Part shown: positions 28,178-37,975 of the stretch, in pieces
Layout: each line of letters opens with the position of its first letter
Numbering within the stretch: position 1 is the stretch's first letter
Assembly (NCBI GenBank): GCA_965223485.1
Contig: OZ244993.1
Coordinates: 1,207,400 to 1,271,399, forward strand
Reading direction: 5' to 3'
Length of the DNA: 64,000 nt
DNA from: Rhodothermales bacterium
Lineage (GTDB): Bacteria; Bacteroidota; Rhodothermia; Rhodothermales; VXPQ01
Notes under the pieces: generated by a model
What the model saw: the letters and a program-made list of their open reading frames with translations, nothing else
Databases searched by the model: none
What the model was told of the DNA's origin: nothing
Program-made: the position numbers and the translations under genes

Positions 28178-31100
28178 TTATCTCCTTCCGGGTCGTTCTC
28201 CGGATCGAGCGAAACCAGCACGCCCTGCATCGCTACGTAGTGGGCCGCATACGTGCAGATGAACGGGTAGTCGCCGGGCGGGGGCATGGTGAACGTGACT
28301 TCAACGGTTTCTCCGGGTCCCGCCGTCGCGGTATAGGCGATGATTTTTTCCTTGTGCTCGGGCGGGATATAGTCGTGTTCCGCCGCGGCAATGGCCGCCA
28401 CGCCCACCGGGTTGATGTATTCCCAGTGTTCCAGCACGACCACATTATGCGTCATGGCCGGTGAGGTGGCGTTGTTCACGAAGCGGATGGTGACGAGCTC
28501 GCCGGCTACGGCCTCGATGAACCGGGTATCGAAGGCCATGTCGTCCCCGACGGAAGCGACCGTAACCACGCCGTCCCGGTCCGGGCGCTTGCCCCCGCGC
28601 GAAGCGCCTGCTTCTCCTTCTGCGCCCCCGCCCATATCCATGGTCATTATCTCCCCGGACAGGATACCGCTCATGCGGTGGAACGCAACATGACCGACGG
28701 TTTCCTTGACGGCTCCCGTCATGGCGTCCGCGTTGTTCGCGGCCCCCAGGAATCCTCGCGCGTGTTGCGCGCCCGCTGCCGTGGCGGCGTGCGGAATCCA
28801 TGTATCCTGAGCGTTTTCGGGCGCGGTGAGCATGGCGAACACAGCCGTTCCCGTTTCGTCGGAGGGAGGAGTATCCGCAAGCGCAAGCAGCGCAGCAAGC
28901 CGTACGCGCGCGTCCTCATCCTCTAAGACATTGCTCGCCATCAGGGCGTCGCGTGAGGCGGCGGTCGGCGGCAGAACTTCTGCGGCGGCTCGCCGCACCG
29001 CCGCGGAGGGATGGCTGAGCGCTTCCGCAGCTGCGCCGAAGGCTTCGTCATGGGAGCCGTCCAGCATCCCCAGACCGTGCAGGGTCCACAGGGCATGCAG
29101 TGCTCCCGGATTGAGGCCGAGGCCATCCATGGACGTATCGCGCACGAGGCCGTAGAGGTCCGTCGCCACATCCTGTTCGCCCCGGTCCACAAGGAGCCGC
29201 TGGGCCGTTTGCCGCCAGAACATATTGTCGTGCCGGAGCGCGGCGACGAGTTCCTGCGGCGAAGCGCCGGAGAGGTCCATGGGTTCGCCCGGGGCTGCAT
29301 CCTTATAGACGATACGGTAGATGCGCCCACGCTCGCGGTCCCGCAGATCGGTCACGTACGCATTGTTTTTTCCGTGCTCCCAGCCTTCCCGGAACGGGCC
29401 GAGGTTATGCTGCGGGATGTAGTTGTACCAGTCGACCATCCACAGCGCGCCGTCGGGGCCCACCTCGGCAAGGATGGGAATGGTCCATTCGTCGTCGCTG
29501 GCGACCATGTTCCACTTGTTGAGCGCCTTGTAGTCGCTGCCGTCGGGCTCCATAGCGAACCGCCCCAGCGTGCGGACGGTCGGCCCGGTGACAAATGCGA
29601 TGCGATTCCAGTATTCCTCGGGGAAGTCGCGCGCTGTGTACAGGGCGTGTCCGGACGCGGCCGTATAATTGCCTTTAAAGTCTCCCTGACGGGTGCGGGT
29701 CGTTACGGGGTGTACGCGCCGGTCTTCGGCAATGGCGCCGAGCCGGATGGGGGTCCAGCCGCGCACCGCTTCGTAATACCGGTTCGGGACGGGCATGTAC
29801 ACGCTGGGATTGTTATTGGCCGTCGAGGCGAACGCGATGCCCTCCTCGCTGAAGCCGAATCCCCAGGTGTTGTTGTTCGTCATCCGCACGAATTCAAGTT
29901 TGGACCCGTCCGACTTGAACCGGAAGAAGCCCATCGGGAATTGGTGGGATTCGCCGCCGACCGTTCCGTCGAAGCCGGAATACCCCACGACGCCCCATAC
30001 CCAGTTGTCGAAGCCCATCCGGATGTTGTTGGGCCCCGCGTGGGTGTCGAACGTTCCCCAGCCCTCGAAGAGGACCTCCCGCACATCGGCCTTGTCGTCT
30101 CCGTCGGTGTCTTTCAGAAAGAAGGTGTACGGGGCCTGCACCACCACGACGCCGCCGTTCGCAAAGGTGAATCCGGTCGGGATGCTCAGGTTCTCGGCGA
30201 ACACGTTGAACGAGTCGGCCCGGCCGTCCCCGTCCGTATCTTCAAGAATCGTAATGCGGTCGTTGCCTTGCCCGACCTCTTCCCGGAGCTGGTTCGGGTA
30301 ATCGATGGTTTCTGCGACCCATAGCCTTCCGCGTTCGTCCCACGCCATATAGATGGGCTTGACAATGTCGGGCTCCGCCGCAAAGAGTCGGATCTCGAAT
30401 TCCGGCGGCACGACCATGCGGGACATGGACGTTTCGATGTCCACGGGCAGCTGCATGGGGCGCAGCTTGCGCTCGTTTTCCGGGTTCGAGTTGTATTCGA
30501 GGGAAGGCAGTACGGCGTCGACGTATTCGTACGGCATCGATCTGGGTTCGATATCGAGCGCCCAGTCTCCGGCGGCCCACTTTATGCCCCGCGCAACCAG
30601 TTGCTGGAATCCCGGTTGCGACCAGGTCCGCTCGTCGTGTCCCCAGGCCGTGTAGAAAACCCGTCCTTCGCCGTGCGTCCGCACCCATGTCCACGGTTCG
30701 GCGTGATCCCCCTCGTGGCGCACTTCGAGCACGGTGCGGTCGGGGTTGTGGTCCTTGTGAATGTATGTCTCGTCCCAGCTTTCGAATTCCGGCACGCCGA
30801 GGATGGCCGGATGCGCCGCGTCGGTGCGTTCCGTGCGCACGACGCCGATACCGTGGCTGTCGAAGGCCGCGCCGACGAGCGCGATGTAGGCTTCCGAGTT
30901 GCGGAACATGCCCGAGGCGCAATGCAGGGGGACGAATCCGCCGCCCTCCGCGACATAATCGAGCAGGGCCTGTTCCTGCGCCTCGGTCATCTCCATGTAA
31001 TTGGCGTAGAACACCACGGCGTCGAAGTGGCGCATATTCTCGAGATTGACGGCCTCGACTTCGTCCGTATAGAAGATGTCCACACCCGTTGCATACAGCG

Positions 31101-31272
31101 CCGAAATGATTTGCTGCGCGCGGTCTGCGGGCTGGTGATGTCCGTGGTCGCCGAGAAACAGGACGGACAAGGTGGATTTGTCGTCCGGCTGTGGCGCCGG
31201 CGCGGCGGTGGCGGCGGAGCAGAAAACGACGGCGAGAAGGAGGATGCCGGTAAGGGGAGTGAAATGACGCAT
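28174..31272 (-). CDS. multidomain secreted protein: ThuA-like domain, beta-propeller 'membrane-bound dehydrogenase' region, HEAT-like repeats, C-terminal cupredoxin
   Basis: Signal peptide from the ATG at 31272 (MRHFTPLTGILLLAVVFCSAATA). ThuA-like FDAVVFYANY..GGGFVPLHCASG, propeller RGRLWVAETIDYPN, and C-terminal THNVVVLE..YPFICTYAAHYVAMQG (Cys/His/Met copper-ligand pattern). Confidence 0.7.
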   Translation of the reverse strand: MRHFTPLTGILLLAVVFCSAATAAPAPQPDDKSTLSVLFLGDHGHHQPADRAQQIISALYATGVDIFYTDEVEAVNLENMRHFDAVVFYANYMEMTEAQEQALLDYVAEGGGFVPLHCASGMFRNSEAYIALVGAAFDSHGIGVVRTERTDAAHPAILGVPEFESWDETYIHKDHNPDRTVLEVRHEGDHAEPWTWVRTHGEGRVFYTAWGHDERTWSQPGFQQLVARGIKWAAGDWALDIEPRSMPYEYVDAVLPSLEYNSNPENERKLRPMQLPVDIETSMSRMVVPPEFEIRLFAAEPDIVKPIYMAWDERGRLWVAETIDYPNQLREEVGQGNDRITILEDTDGDGRADSFNVFAENLSIPTGFTFANGGVVVVQAPYTFFLKDTDGDDKADVREVLFEGWGTFDTHAGPNNIRMGFDNWVWGVVGYSGFDGTVGGESHQFPMGFFRFKSDGSKLEFVRMTNNNTWGFGFSEEGIAFASTANNNPSVYMPVPNRYYEAVRGWTPIRLGAIAEDRRVHPVTTRTRQGDFKGNYTAASGHALYTARDFPEEYWNRIAFVTGPTVRTLGRFAMEPDGSDYKALNKWNMVASDDEWTIPILAEVGPDGALWMVDWYNYIPQHNLGPFREGWEHGKNNAYVTDLRDRERGRIYRIVYKDAAPGEPMDLSGASPQELVAALRHDNMFWRQTAQRLLVDRGEQDVATDLYGLVRDTSMDGLGLNPGALHALWTLHGLGMLDGSHDEAFGAAAEALSHPSAAVRRAAAEVLPPTAASRDALMASNVLEDEDARVRLAALLALADTPPSDETGTAVFAMLTAPENAQDTWIPHAATAAGAQHARGFLGAANNADAMTGAVKETVGHVAFHRMSGILSGEIMTMDMGGGAEGEAGASRGGKRPDRDGVVTVASVGDDMAFDTRFIEAVAGELVTIRFVNNATSPAMTHNVVVLEHWEYINPVGVAAIAAAEHDYIPPEHKEKIIAYTATAGPGETVEVTFTMPPPGDYPFICTYAAHYVAMQGVLVSLDPENDPEGDN

Positions 31273-31320
31273 GGCAGGGTTTGTGTGTTGGATGGAAAGC
31301 AATACGTACATACGGGAGGG

Positions 31321-32085
31321 TTACGGAGTACGGCGGGCAGCCCATTCCACGCTGTTGCGGAGGATACGGGCGTAGGCGGGGTGCTGGTGCGCTGCGCCGT
31401 CATGGCCCAGCGTGTTGACGACGATACGCCCGTTCGTATGGTGGACGGTCCACACGATCGGGTATGTTTCGCCGGTTTCGATTTCTTCCGCTTCGGCGAG
31501 CACATGGATGGACGAACCCTCGGGGTCTCGTTCGGAGCGGTACAATTCGTCTTCGATAGTGAATTCGGCCGGTACGCCCGCCATCACCGGATGGTCGGGC
31601 TCGATGACCTGCACCGTAAAGGCGCCGTATTGCCGGTGACTCCGGGCGCCTCCGCCCACAAGTTCCTGGTTGTATTCCGGCCAGTTCAACCAGTTGTACC
31701 ATGCTCCCGGATGTCCGATCACGAGCCCCTTGCCCGCGCCGACGAAATAAAACACGCCCTCGTGTAATTCCGGGGCGGTCATCGGCTGGTTCGTCACGAT
31801 GCGGAGTACGTCGAGCGTATCGAGGGCGGGCAGGATGTGCGCCGGCATGTCGGTATAGGCCGCATGCATACCGGCTTCTTCAAGCACGCCCGCATCTTCT
31901 TCATGGAACCACCGGTCGAAATCGTGGGAGGCGCCTCCTCCAGCCGTGAGGACGGCGATCGGATCGGGCGCCTCGGACGGGGCAGGCTGCGCCTGCGCAC
32001 AGGCGGACACTGTCAGGGTTGCAAGCAGGATCAGGAACTTCTGTTTTTGCGGAAGCAAGTGCATTATCCTATGCATTCGTATCAT
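31321..32085 (-). CDS. ThuA (trehalose utilisation) domain protein, lipoprotein-like
   Basis: 254 aa with LLATLTVSACA, GGGASHDF and LVIGHPGAWYNW..PDHPVMAGVP. Confidence 0.7.
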   Translation of the reverse strand: MIRMHRIMHLLPQKQKFLILLATLTVSACAQAQPAPSEAPDPIAVLTAGGGASHDFDRWFHEEDAGVLEEAGMHAAYTDMPAHILPALDTLDVLRIVTNQPMTAPELHEGVFYFVGAGKGLVIGHPGAWYNWLNWPEYNQELVGGGARSHRQYGAFTVQVIEPDHPVMAGVPAEFTIEDELYRSERDPEGSSIHVLAEAEEIETGETYPIVWTVHHTNGRIVVNTLGHDGAAHQHPAYARILRNSVEWAARRTP

Positions 32086-32126
32086 AAAATCAACATTCAG
32101 AACCCATAAGATAGATAATTACTGCC

Positions 32127-33623
32127 ATGCGTTTGCCTGACGTCTTCGTCATTTTTGCCGTTTCCCTGGCGTTCGCCGGATTTATTGCCGCAGATTCATA
32201 CGCCCGGATCGATACACCCCCCAACCAGCCGGCTCGCAACATCGTTCTTTTCGTCGCCGACGATCATGGACAGGACATGGGCGCGTATGGGAATCCGGTC
32301 ATTCGAACGCCCCATCTCGATGCTTTTGCCGACGAGGGCATGCTGTTCACGCACGCTTTCGCGACAACCGCCAGTTGCAGCGCAAGCCGTTCCGTACTGC
32401 TTACCGGGTTGCACAACCACCGCAACGGGCAATACGGTCATGTGCATGATTTCCACCACTTCATGGCGTTCGACAACATCCGGTCCTTGCCGGTATTGCT
32501 GGAGGAAGCCGGCTACCGCACGGCCCGCGCCGGAAAATACCACGTGGCGCCGGAAGCCGTTTTCCGTTTCGGGGAAGCAATTCCCGGGAATGCCCGCGAC
32601 GTAGTGACGATGGTGGACAATGCCCGCCCGTTCCTCGAAGCGGAAAGCGATCGCCCTTTCTTTTTCTATATCGCCACCAGCGACCCGCACCGGGGAGGGG
32701 GCACGACCTCGGACGACGCGTTTGCGCCGGATCGTTTCGGCAACCGTCCGGCAGGCTACCCCGGCATTGATCCTGTCTTGTATGATCCGGAGGAAGTCGT
32801 CGTGCCGCCCTGGCTTCCCGATACGCCGGCTGCGCGCGCCGAACTGGCGCAGTACTACCAGTCCGTATCGCGTATCGATCAGGGATTCGGGCATCTGGTG
32901 CAGGTGCTGAAGGAGGCGGGTCGTTACGACGATACGCTCATTCTTTATTTGTCGGATCATGGCGTCGCTATGCCGGGAGCCAAAACGACGGTGTATGAGC
33001 CCGGTTTGCGTTCTCCGCTCATCGTGCGCCACCCCGGTGCAGCGGACCGCGGTGCTGTGACCGGCGCCATGGTGAGTTGGGTGGATATTGCGCCGACGAT
33101 CCTGGACTTTGCCGGAGTCGCCGAGCCGACGTACCGGCAGCAGGTGCAGTCGGAAGGGATTCGCATGCATTTGCCGGACGAGCACGGCTTGCACGGGCGT
33201 TCCTTCCTGGGCATTCTGGAAAGCGACGACGAGACCGGTTTCGATCGCATCTACGCATCGCACACGTTCCACGAGATTCAGATGTATTATCCCATGCGCG
33301 TCGTGCGCGATCGGGAATACAAACTCATCTGGAATGTGGCGCACGATCTTCCTTTCCCCTTCGCCACGGATTTATGGGCGGCGTCTACCTGGCAGCAGGC
33401 GTACCGGCAGGGGCCGGATGCGCGCTACGGGGTCCGCTCCGTGGAGGACTACATACACCGCCCCGAGTTCGAGTTGTACGACATGCGCGCCGATCCGTGG
33501 GAATCGGAAAATCTGGCGTATCTTTCGGAGTACGCGGAGGTGCTGGCCGCCTACCGGGACATGCTGTGGGATTTCGAGGTGCGTACGTCGGATCCGTGGC
33601 TGCTCAAACAGGAATACGAATAG
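32127..33623 (+). CDS. sulfatase (N-sulfoglucosamine sulfohydrolase-like)
   Basis: 498 aa with signal peptide, NIVLFVADDHGQDMGAYGN, and active-site segment SCSASRSVLLTGL (C-x-A-x-R rather than C-x-P-x-R). Confidence 0.85.
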   Translation: MRLPDVFVIFAVSLAFAGFIAADSYARIDTPPNQPARNIVLFVADDHGQDMGAYGNPVIRTPHLDAFADEGMLFTHAFATTASCSASRSVLLTGLHNHRNGQYGHVHDFHHFMAFDNIRSLPVLLEEAGYRTARAGKYHVAPEAVFRFGEAIPGNARDVVTMVDNARPFLEAESDRPFFFYIATSDPHRGGGTTSDDAFAPDRFGNRPAGYPGIDPVLYDPEEVVVPPWLPDTPAARAELAQYYQSVSRIDQGFGHLVQVLKEAGRYDDTLILYLSDHGVAMPGAKTTVYEPGLRSPLIVRHPGAADRGAVTGAMVSWVDIAPTILDFAGVAEPTYRQQVQSEGIRMHLPDEHGLHGRSFLGILESDDETGFDRIYASHTFHEIQMYYPMRVVRDREYKLIWNVAHDLPFPFATDLWAASTWQQAYRQGPDARYGVRSVEDYIHRPEFELYDMRADPWESENLAYLSEYAEVLAAYRDMLWDFEVRTSDPWLLKQEYE

Positions 33624-33637
33624 GGAGATTGTTGACT

Positions 33638-35095
33638 ATGAGGTCCGGACCGTTTCGCTGTGAAAGGCCGTGTGCGGCCATCCTGCTCACCCTGGGTCTG
33701 ACGGCATGGGGGCTTGTCGGATGCGGCGCGCCGGGCCGTGGGGACGACGGAGCTGCTGAGGCAGCCGCAGGCAGCCCGCCAAACATTGTGCTTATTCTGG
33801 CCGACGATCTCGGCTACGGGGATGTGGGGGTTTTCGGGCAGCCCCGCATCGCGACGCCCAGTCTTGACCGCATGGCGGCGGAAGGTCTCCGGTTTACGCA
33901 GTTTTATTCGGGTTCGACTGTGTGCGCCCCATCGCGCAGCGTGCTCATGGACGGGCGGCACACGGGACATACATACATCCGGGGCAACAAGGAGGTGCGC
34001 CCCTACGGGCAGGAACCCATCCCTGACTCAGTGATGACCCTTGCCGAAGTCCTCAAGGGGGCCGGATACCGGACCGGGCTTGTGGGCAAGTGGGGGCTGG
34101 GCGGGCCCGATACGCCGGGGCATCCGAACCGCCAGGGATTCGATTATTTTTTCGGCTATCTCGGGCAGCGGCACGCGCACAATTACTATCCCGAATTTCT
34201 TTTCCATAACGAGGCGCGCGTGCAGGTGGCCGGCAACAGACTGCCCGAACCGCGCCGCGGGGACGGCGCCGGCGAGGCCCTCGACAAGATCACCTACAGC
34301 CACGATCTTTTTGCGGATTCGGCGCTGGCCTTCATCGACCGGAACCGGGAAGGTCCTTTTCTGCTCTATTTTGCGTTGACGATTCCCCACGCCAATAATG
34401 AGGCGGGGCCTCGCGGTATGGAAGTCCCTGACTACGGACGCTACGAGCACATGGACTGGCCGGACGCCGAGAAGGGGATGGCTGCGATGGTTACCCGGAT
34501 GGATGCGGACATAGGCCGCTTGCTGGATCGTCTCGAGGAGCACGGCATTGCTGAAAACACCTTCGTTTTCTTCACGAGCGACAACGGTCCGCACCGCGAA
34601 GGAGGGCACGATCCGGAGTATTTCGATTCGAACGGACCGCTCCGGGGTTTCAAGCGGGATCTGTACGAAGGCGGCATCCGCGTGCCAACCATCGCCTGGT
34701 GGCCGGGGAGCGTGGAGGCGGCGACCGTCACGGATCATGTGGGGTATTTCGCCGATATGCTGCCGACTTTCACCGGTCTGGCCGGGGTTGCTCCCCCGGA
34801 AGGTATCGACGGGATCGACATGACGCCGACGCTGCTGGGCCGCCCGGACGATCAGCTCGAACACGAGTATCTGTACTGGGAATTCCATGAGGACGGCATG
34901 GCGCAGGCCGTACGGACCGGTTCATGGAAGGGCGTACGTACGCCGGTGCGCGACGCTATCGAGGTATATGATCTCGATGCGGACGTTTCGGAAACGACAG
35001 ACCTCGCCGCGCAGCATCCCGATGTGGCGGCGCGCCTCGACAGTATCATGCAGGCGGCCCATCGCCCGTCGTCTATCCAGTGGACGAGAAGGTAG
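33638..35095 (+). CDS. arylsulfatase-family sulfatase, lipoprotein
   Basis: Internal ATG (aa 188 of ORF 33077..35095) gives lipobox LVGCGA. Also NIVLILADDLGYGDVG and VCAPSRSVLMDGRHTGH. Confidence 0.85.
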   Translation: MRSGPFRCERPCAAILLTLGLTAWGLVGCGAPGRGDDGAAEAAAGSPPNIVLILADDLGYGDVGVFGQPRIATPSLDRMAAEGLRFTQFYSGSTVCAPSRSVLMDGRHTGHTYIRGNKEVRPYGQEPIPDSVMTLAEVLKGAGYRTGLVGKWGLGGPDTPGHPNRQGFDYFFGYLGQRHAHNYYPEFLFHNEARVQVAGNRLPEPRRGDGAGEALDKITYSHDLFADSALAFIDRNREGPFLLYFALTIPHANNEAGPRGMEVPDYGRYEHMDWPDAEKGMAAMVTRMDADIGRLLDRLEEHGIAENTFVFFTSDNGPHREGGHDPEYFDSNGPLRGFKRDLYEGGIRVPTIAWWPGSVEAATVTDHVGYFADMLPTFTGLAGVAPPEGIDGIDMTPTLLGRPDDQLEHEYLYWEFHEDGMAQAVRTGSWKGVRTPVRDAIEVYDLDADVSETTDLAAQHPDVAARLDSIMQAAHRPSSIQWTRR

Positions 35096-35156
35096 ACCGG
35101 ACGGTCTACTTTTTTGCCCCCCTTATCGCGCATCGGAAACAGATTTTCATGTACCC

Positions 35157-37778
35157 GTGAATATATCCCGACTGATCTCTTTGGCCGTGTTTGGGGCGAT
35201 TGCCCTTGCATGGGCCGGTTGCGGTCCGACGGACCGGGCGGCGTTTCATGCGACGCACCCTGTGGTCGAACGCCCGTGGATCGGTCCGGAATACTGGTCG
35301 AATCCGCTTCAGGACTGGCGCATCCGGGAAGGGCGTATTGAATGCCTGACCCGCCGCGCAAACCGGAATGTAGCGCTGCTTGTGCGGGAGGTTGCCGAGG
35401 GAGACGGGGACGTGCACCTGCGGGTTCGCCTCGGGGTCATCGCTTCCGATGCGCCGTTGCCGGATTCGGGTCGGGCGGGCTTTCGTATCGGCGCGCGCGG
35501 CGCATTCCGCGATTACCGGGACACCGCGCTCCGGGGATCCGGACTGGATGTTGGCGTCACCGCCCTGGGCAGTTTGTTCATCGGCGCATCTTCCGAAGCT
35601 GCGGGGGATGTGTCTTCGGCCACTCTGTTTCCGGATGGGGTTTTCCCTGCGGAGGGCGCGTTTCTGGATATGCGGGCGGTACAACGGGAGGACGGGCGGT
35701 ACAACCTCCGATTGCGGCTGGGGAGTCTGTCCGGGGAGGTTCTCGGAGCTATCGAGGCGCCGGTGGATGCCGATATGTTGACCGGGGGACTGGCGCTGGT
35801 TGTCGATTTCGACGCCGCCGGACTGTCCCGCGAGGACACGAATCATCCGAGTTTCTGGTTCGAGGACTGGCAGGTGGACGGCACACGAGTGCGGGCGTAC
35901 CCCGAGCGTACGTTCGGCCCCATTCTGTTCGCCATGCACACCCTGAGCAAGGGGAGCCTCTACATGACGGCCCAAATGCCGCCGCTTTCGGACGACGATG
36001 CGCAGGAGGTCCGGCTAACGGTGCGCAGGGAAGGGCAATGGGAAGAGGTCGGGCGATCCCCGATCGATCCCATGGCGCGTACGGCGACCTTTGCCGTTGC
36101 CGATTGGCCCGATTCGCTGGACATTTCCTATCGCCTCGCCTATGACCTGACAAACCCGGGGGGGAATCCGGTCGAGCATGTCCTTGAAGGCACGGTGCGC
36201 CGTGATCCGGTGGACCAGGAAGAGATCGTCGTGGCAGGCTTCACGGGAAACAACGACCTCGGGTTTCCCCATGCCGATCTGGTGCGGCGCGTCGCATGGC
36301 ATGACCCGGACATTCTGCTTTTCACCGGGGACAACATCTACGAGAGTATAGGCGGATACGGCTATGTGGAAGGGCCGCTCGACACCGCAATGCTCGATTA
36401 CCTGCGCAAGTGGTATCTCTTCGGCTGGGAGTACGGCGAGCTTACGAAAGATATTCCCACGGTCGCCATTCCCGATGACCATGACGTGTATCACGGCAAC
36501 GTATGGGGCGCCGGAGGCAAGGCCACCGGGCCCGGCGCTACGAAGAAGGAGCGGCAGGATACGGGCGGGTATGTCATGCCGGCGTCCTGGGTGAACGCCG
36601 TGCAGCGGACGCAGACCGCGCATTTTCCGCCGCCGTACGACCCGGCGCCCGTCGAACAGGGTATCGGCGTCTATTACACCGATCTCGTGTACGGGGGCGT
36701 CAGTTTCGGGATCGTCGAGGATCGCAAGTGGAAAGATTCGCCGAAGGTCGTATTGCCTGCCCGGCTCGACATCGAAAACGGGTGGGCGGAGAACCAACCC
36801 ACGAATCCGCCTGAGGCGCTGCATGCTCCGACTGCCGACCTTCTGGGCCGGCGGCAACTCGATTTCCTGGAGCATTGGGCAGCAGACTGGTCGCACGGCG
36901 CGTGGATGAAATTTCTCATGTCCCAGACGATTTTCGCCAATGTGGCGACCCTGCCGCAGGAGGCCCCGAGCGATGTGGTGGTGCCCCGTCTCGAAATTTT
37001 CGATGTGAGCGAATATGCCCCCAATGATCGCATCGTACAGGACATGGACTCCAATGGCTGGCCGAAGCACGGGCGGGATGCGGCGCTCCGGGCCATCCGA
37101 AAGGGATTCGCTTTCCATCTTGCGGGGGATCAGCACCTCGGAAGTACGATCCAGTACGGCGTGGACGCCTGGGGCGATGCAGGCTATGCACTGTGTGTGC
37201 CTTCCGTGGCCAATGTCTATCCCCGGCGGTGGTACCCCCCTGTATCCGGCGCCAATCGTCCGGAAGGCGTCCCGAAGAACACGGGCGATTTTCTGGATGG
37301 GTTCGGCAATCACATGACGGTGCTTGCGGTCTCGAATCCCTATGAGACAGGCATGGAGCCGACGAATCTGTACGACCGGGCTCCCGGCTACGGGATCGTG
37401 CGGCTGAACCGGGAAGCGCGTACCCTAAATATCGCCAACTGGCCTCGCCATGTGGATCCGGAAGACGGCGAGCCATACCCCGGCTGGCCCGTCACTATCC
37501 GGCAGATGGACAATTACGGCAGAGAGGCGGCAGCCTGGTTGCCGCAGATACGGGTGCGCGGGATGGAGGACCCTGTCGTGCAGGTGATCGACGAGGCTTC
37601 CGGCGAGACCGTCTATACGCTGCGCATCGCCGGGACGACATTTTCACCGAAGGTGTTCGCCGCAGGCTCCTACACGCTGCACGTCGGCGACCCGGACGGC
37701 GCCATGCAGACCTTCACGGGCGTTCGGAGTGCTTCATCTTCTGACGCCTCGGTCCTGGATGTGGTGTTTGGTACGTGA
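35157..37778 (+). CDS. PhoD-like metallophosphatase-superfamily lipoprotein (tentative)
   Basis: GTG at 35157 gives MNISRLISLAVFGAIALAWAGCG. FTGDNIYES and IPDDHDVYHGN resemble PhoD/calcineurin-like metal-binding motifs. Confidence 0.5.
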   Translation: MNISRLISLAVFGAIALAWAGCGPTDRAAFHATHPVVERPWIGPEYWSNPLQDWRIREGRIECLTRRANRNVALLVREVAEGDGDVHLRVRLGVIASDAPLPDSGRAGFRIGARGAFRDYRDTALRGSGLDVGVTALGSLFIGASSEAAGDVSSATLFPDGVFPAEGAFLDMRAVQREDGRYNLRLRLGSLSGEVLGAIEAPVDADMLTGGLALVVDFDAAGLSREDTNHPSFWFEDWQVDGTRVRAYPERTFGPILFAMHTLSKGSLYMTAQMPPLSDDDAQEVRLTVRREGQWEEVGRSPIDPMARTATFAVADWPDSLDISYRLAYDLTNPGGNPVEHVLEGTVRRDPVDQEEIVVAGFTGNNDLGFPHADLVRRVAWHDPDILLFTGDNIYESIGGYGYVEGPLDTAMLDYLRKWYLFGWEYGELTKDIPTVAIPDDHDVYHGNVWGAGGKATGPGATKKERQDTGGYVMPASWVNAVQRTQTAHFPPPYDPAPVEQGIGVYYTDLVYGGVSFGIVEDRKWKDSPKVVLPARLDIENGWAENQPTNPPEALHAPTADLLGRRQLDFLEHWAADWSHGAWMKFLMSQTIFANVATLPQEAPSDVVVPRLEIFDVSEYAPNDRIVQDMDSNGWPKHGRDAALRAIRKGFAFHLAGDQHLGSTIQYGVDAWGDAGYALCVPSVANVYPRRWYPPVSGANRPEGVPKNTGDFLDGFGNHMTVLAVSNPYETGMEPTNLYDRAPGYGIVRLNREARTLNIANWPRHVDPEDGEPYPGWPVTIRQMDNYGREAAAWLPQIRVRGMEDPVVQVIDEASGETVYTLRIAGTTFSPKVFAAGSYTLHVGDPDGAMQTFTGVRSASSSDASVLDVVFGT

Positions 37779-37975
37779 GGGAAATGCCTCCCGGCACTAT
37801 GCAGTACGCTTCTTCTGCGGGGAACGTATAGTCTGGCCGGCGTTTACTCTAAAAGTACACGGCGCGTTACTATTCCGGCCTTTTCTGCGGCTTACCTACG
37901 ACTACAGAGCCACCTGAACCGCAGGAAAAAATCCCTCGCAACGAAGGTTTTTGTCTCACTCAGCAGGAGGATGCT

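Noticed and set aside
26453-28240. 595-aa plus-strand ORF across the UPF0261 and cupin genes
   Set aside because: It is antisense to two well-supported minus-strand genes, is Arg/His/Gly-rich and has no motifs.
33077-33637. N-terminal extension of the second sulfatase ORF overlapping the first sulfatase
   Set aside because: The internal ATG at 33638 gives a proper lipoprotein signal, and the extension overlaps a supported gene in another frame.
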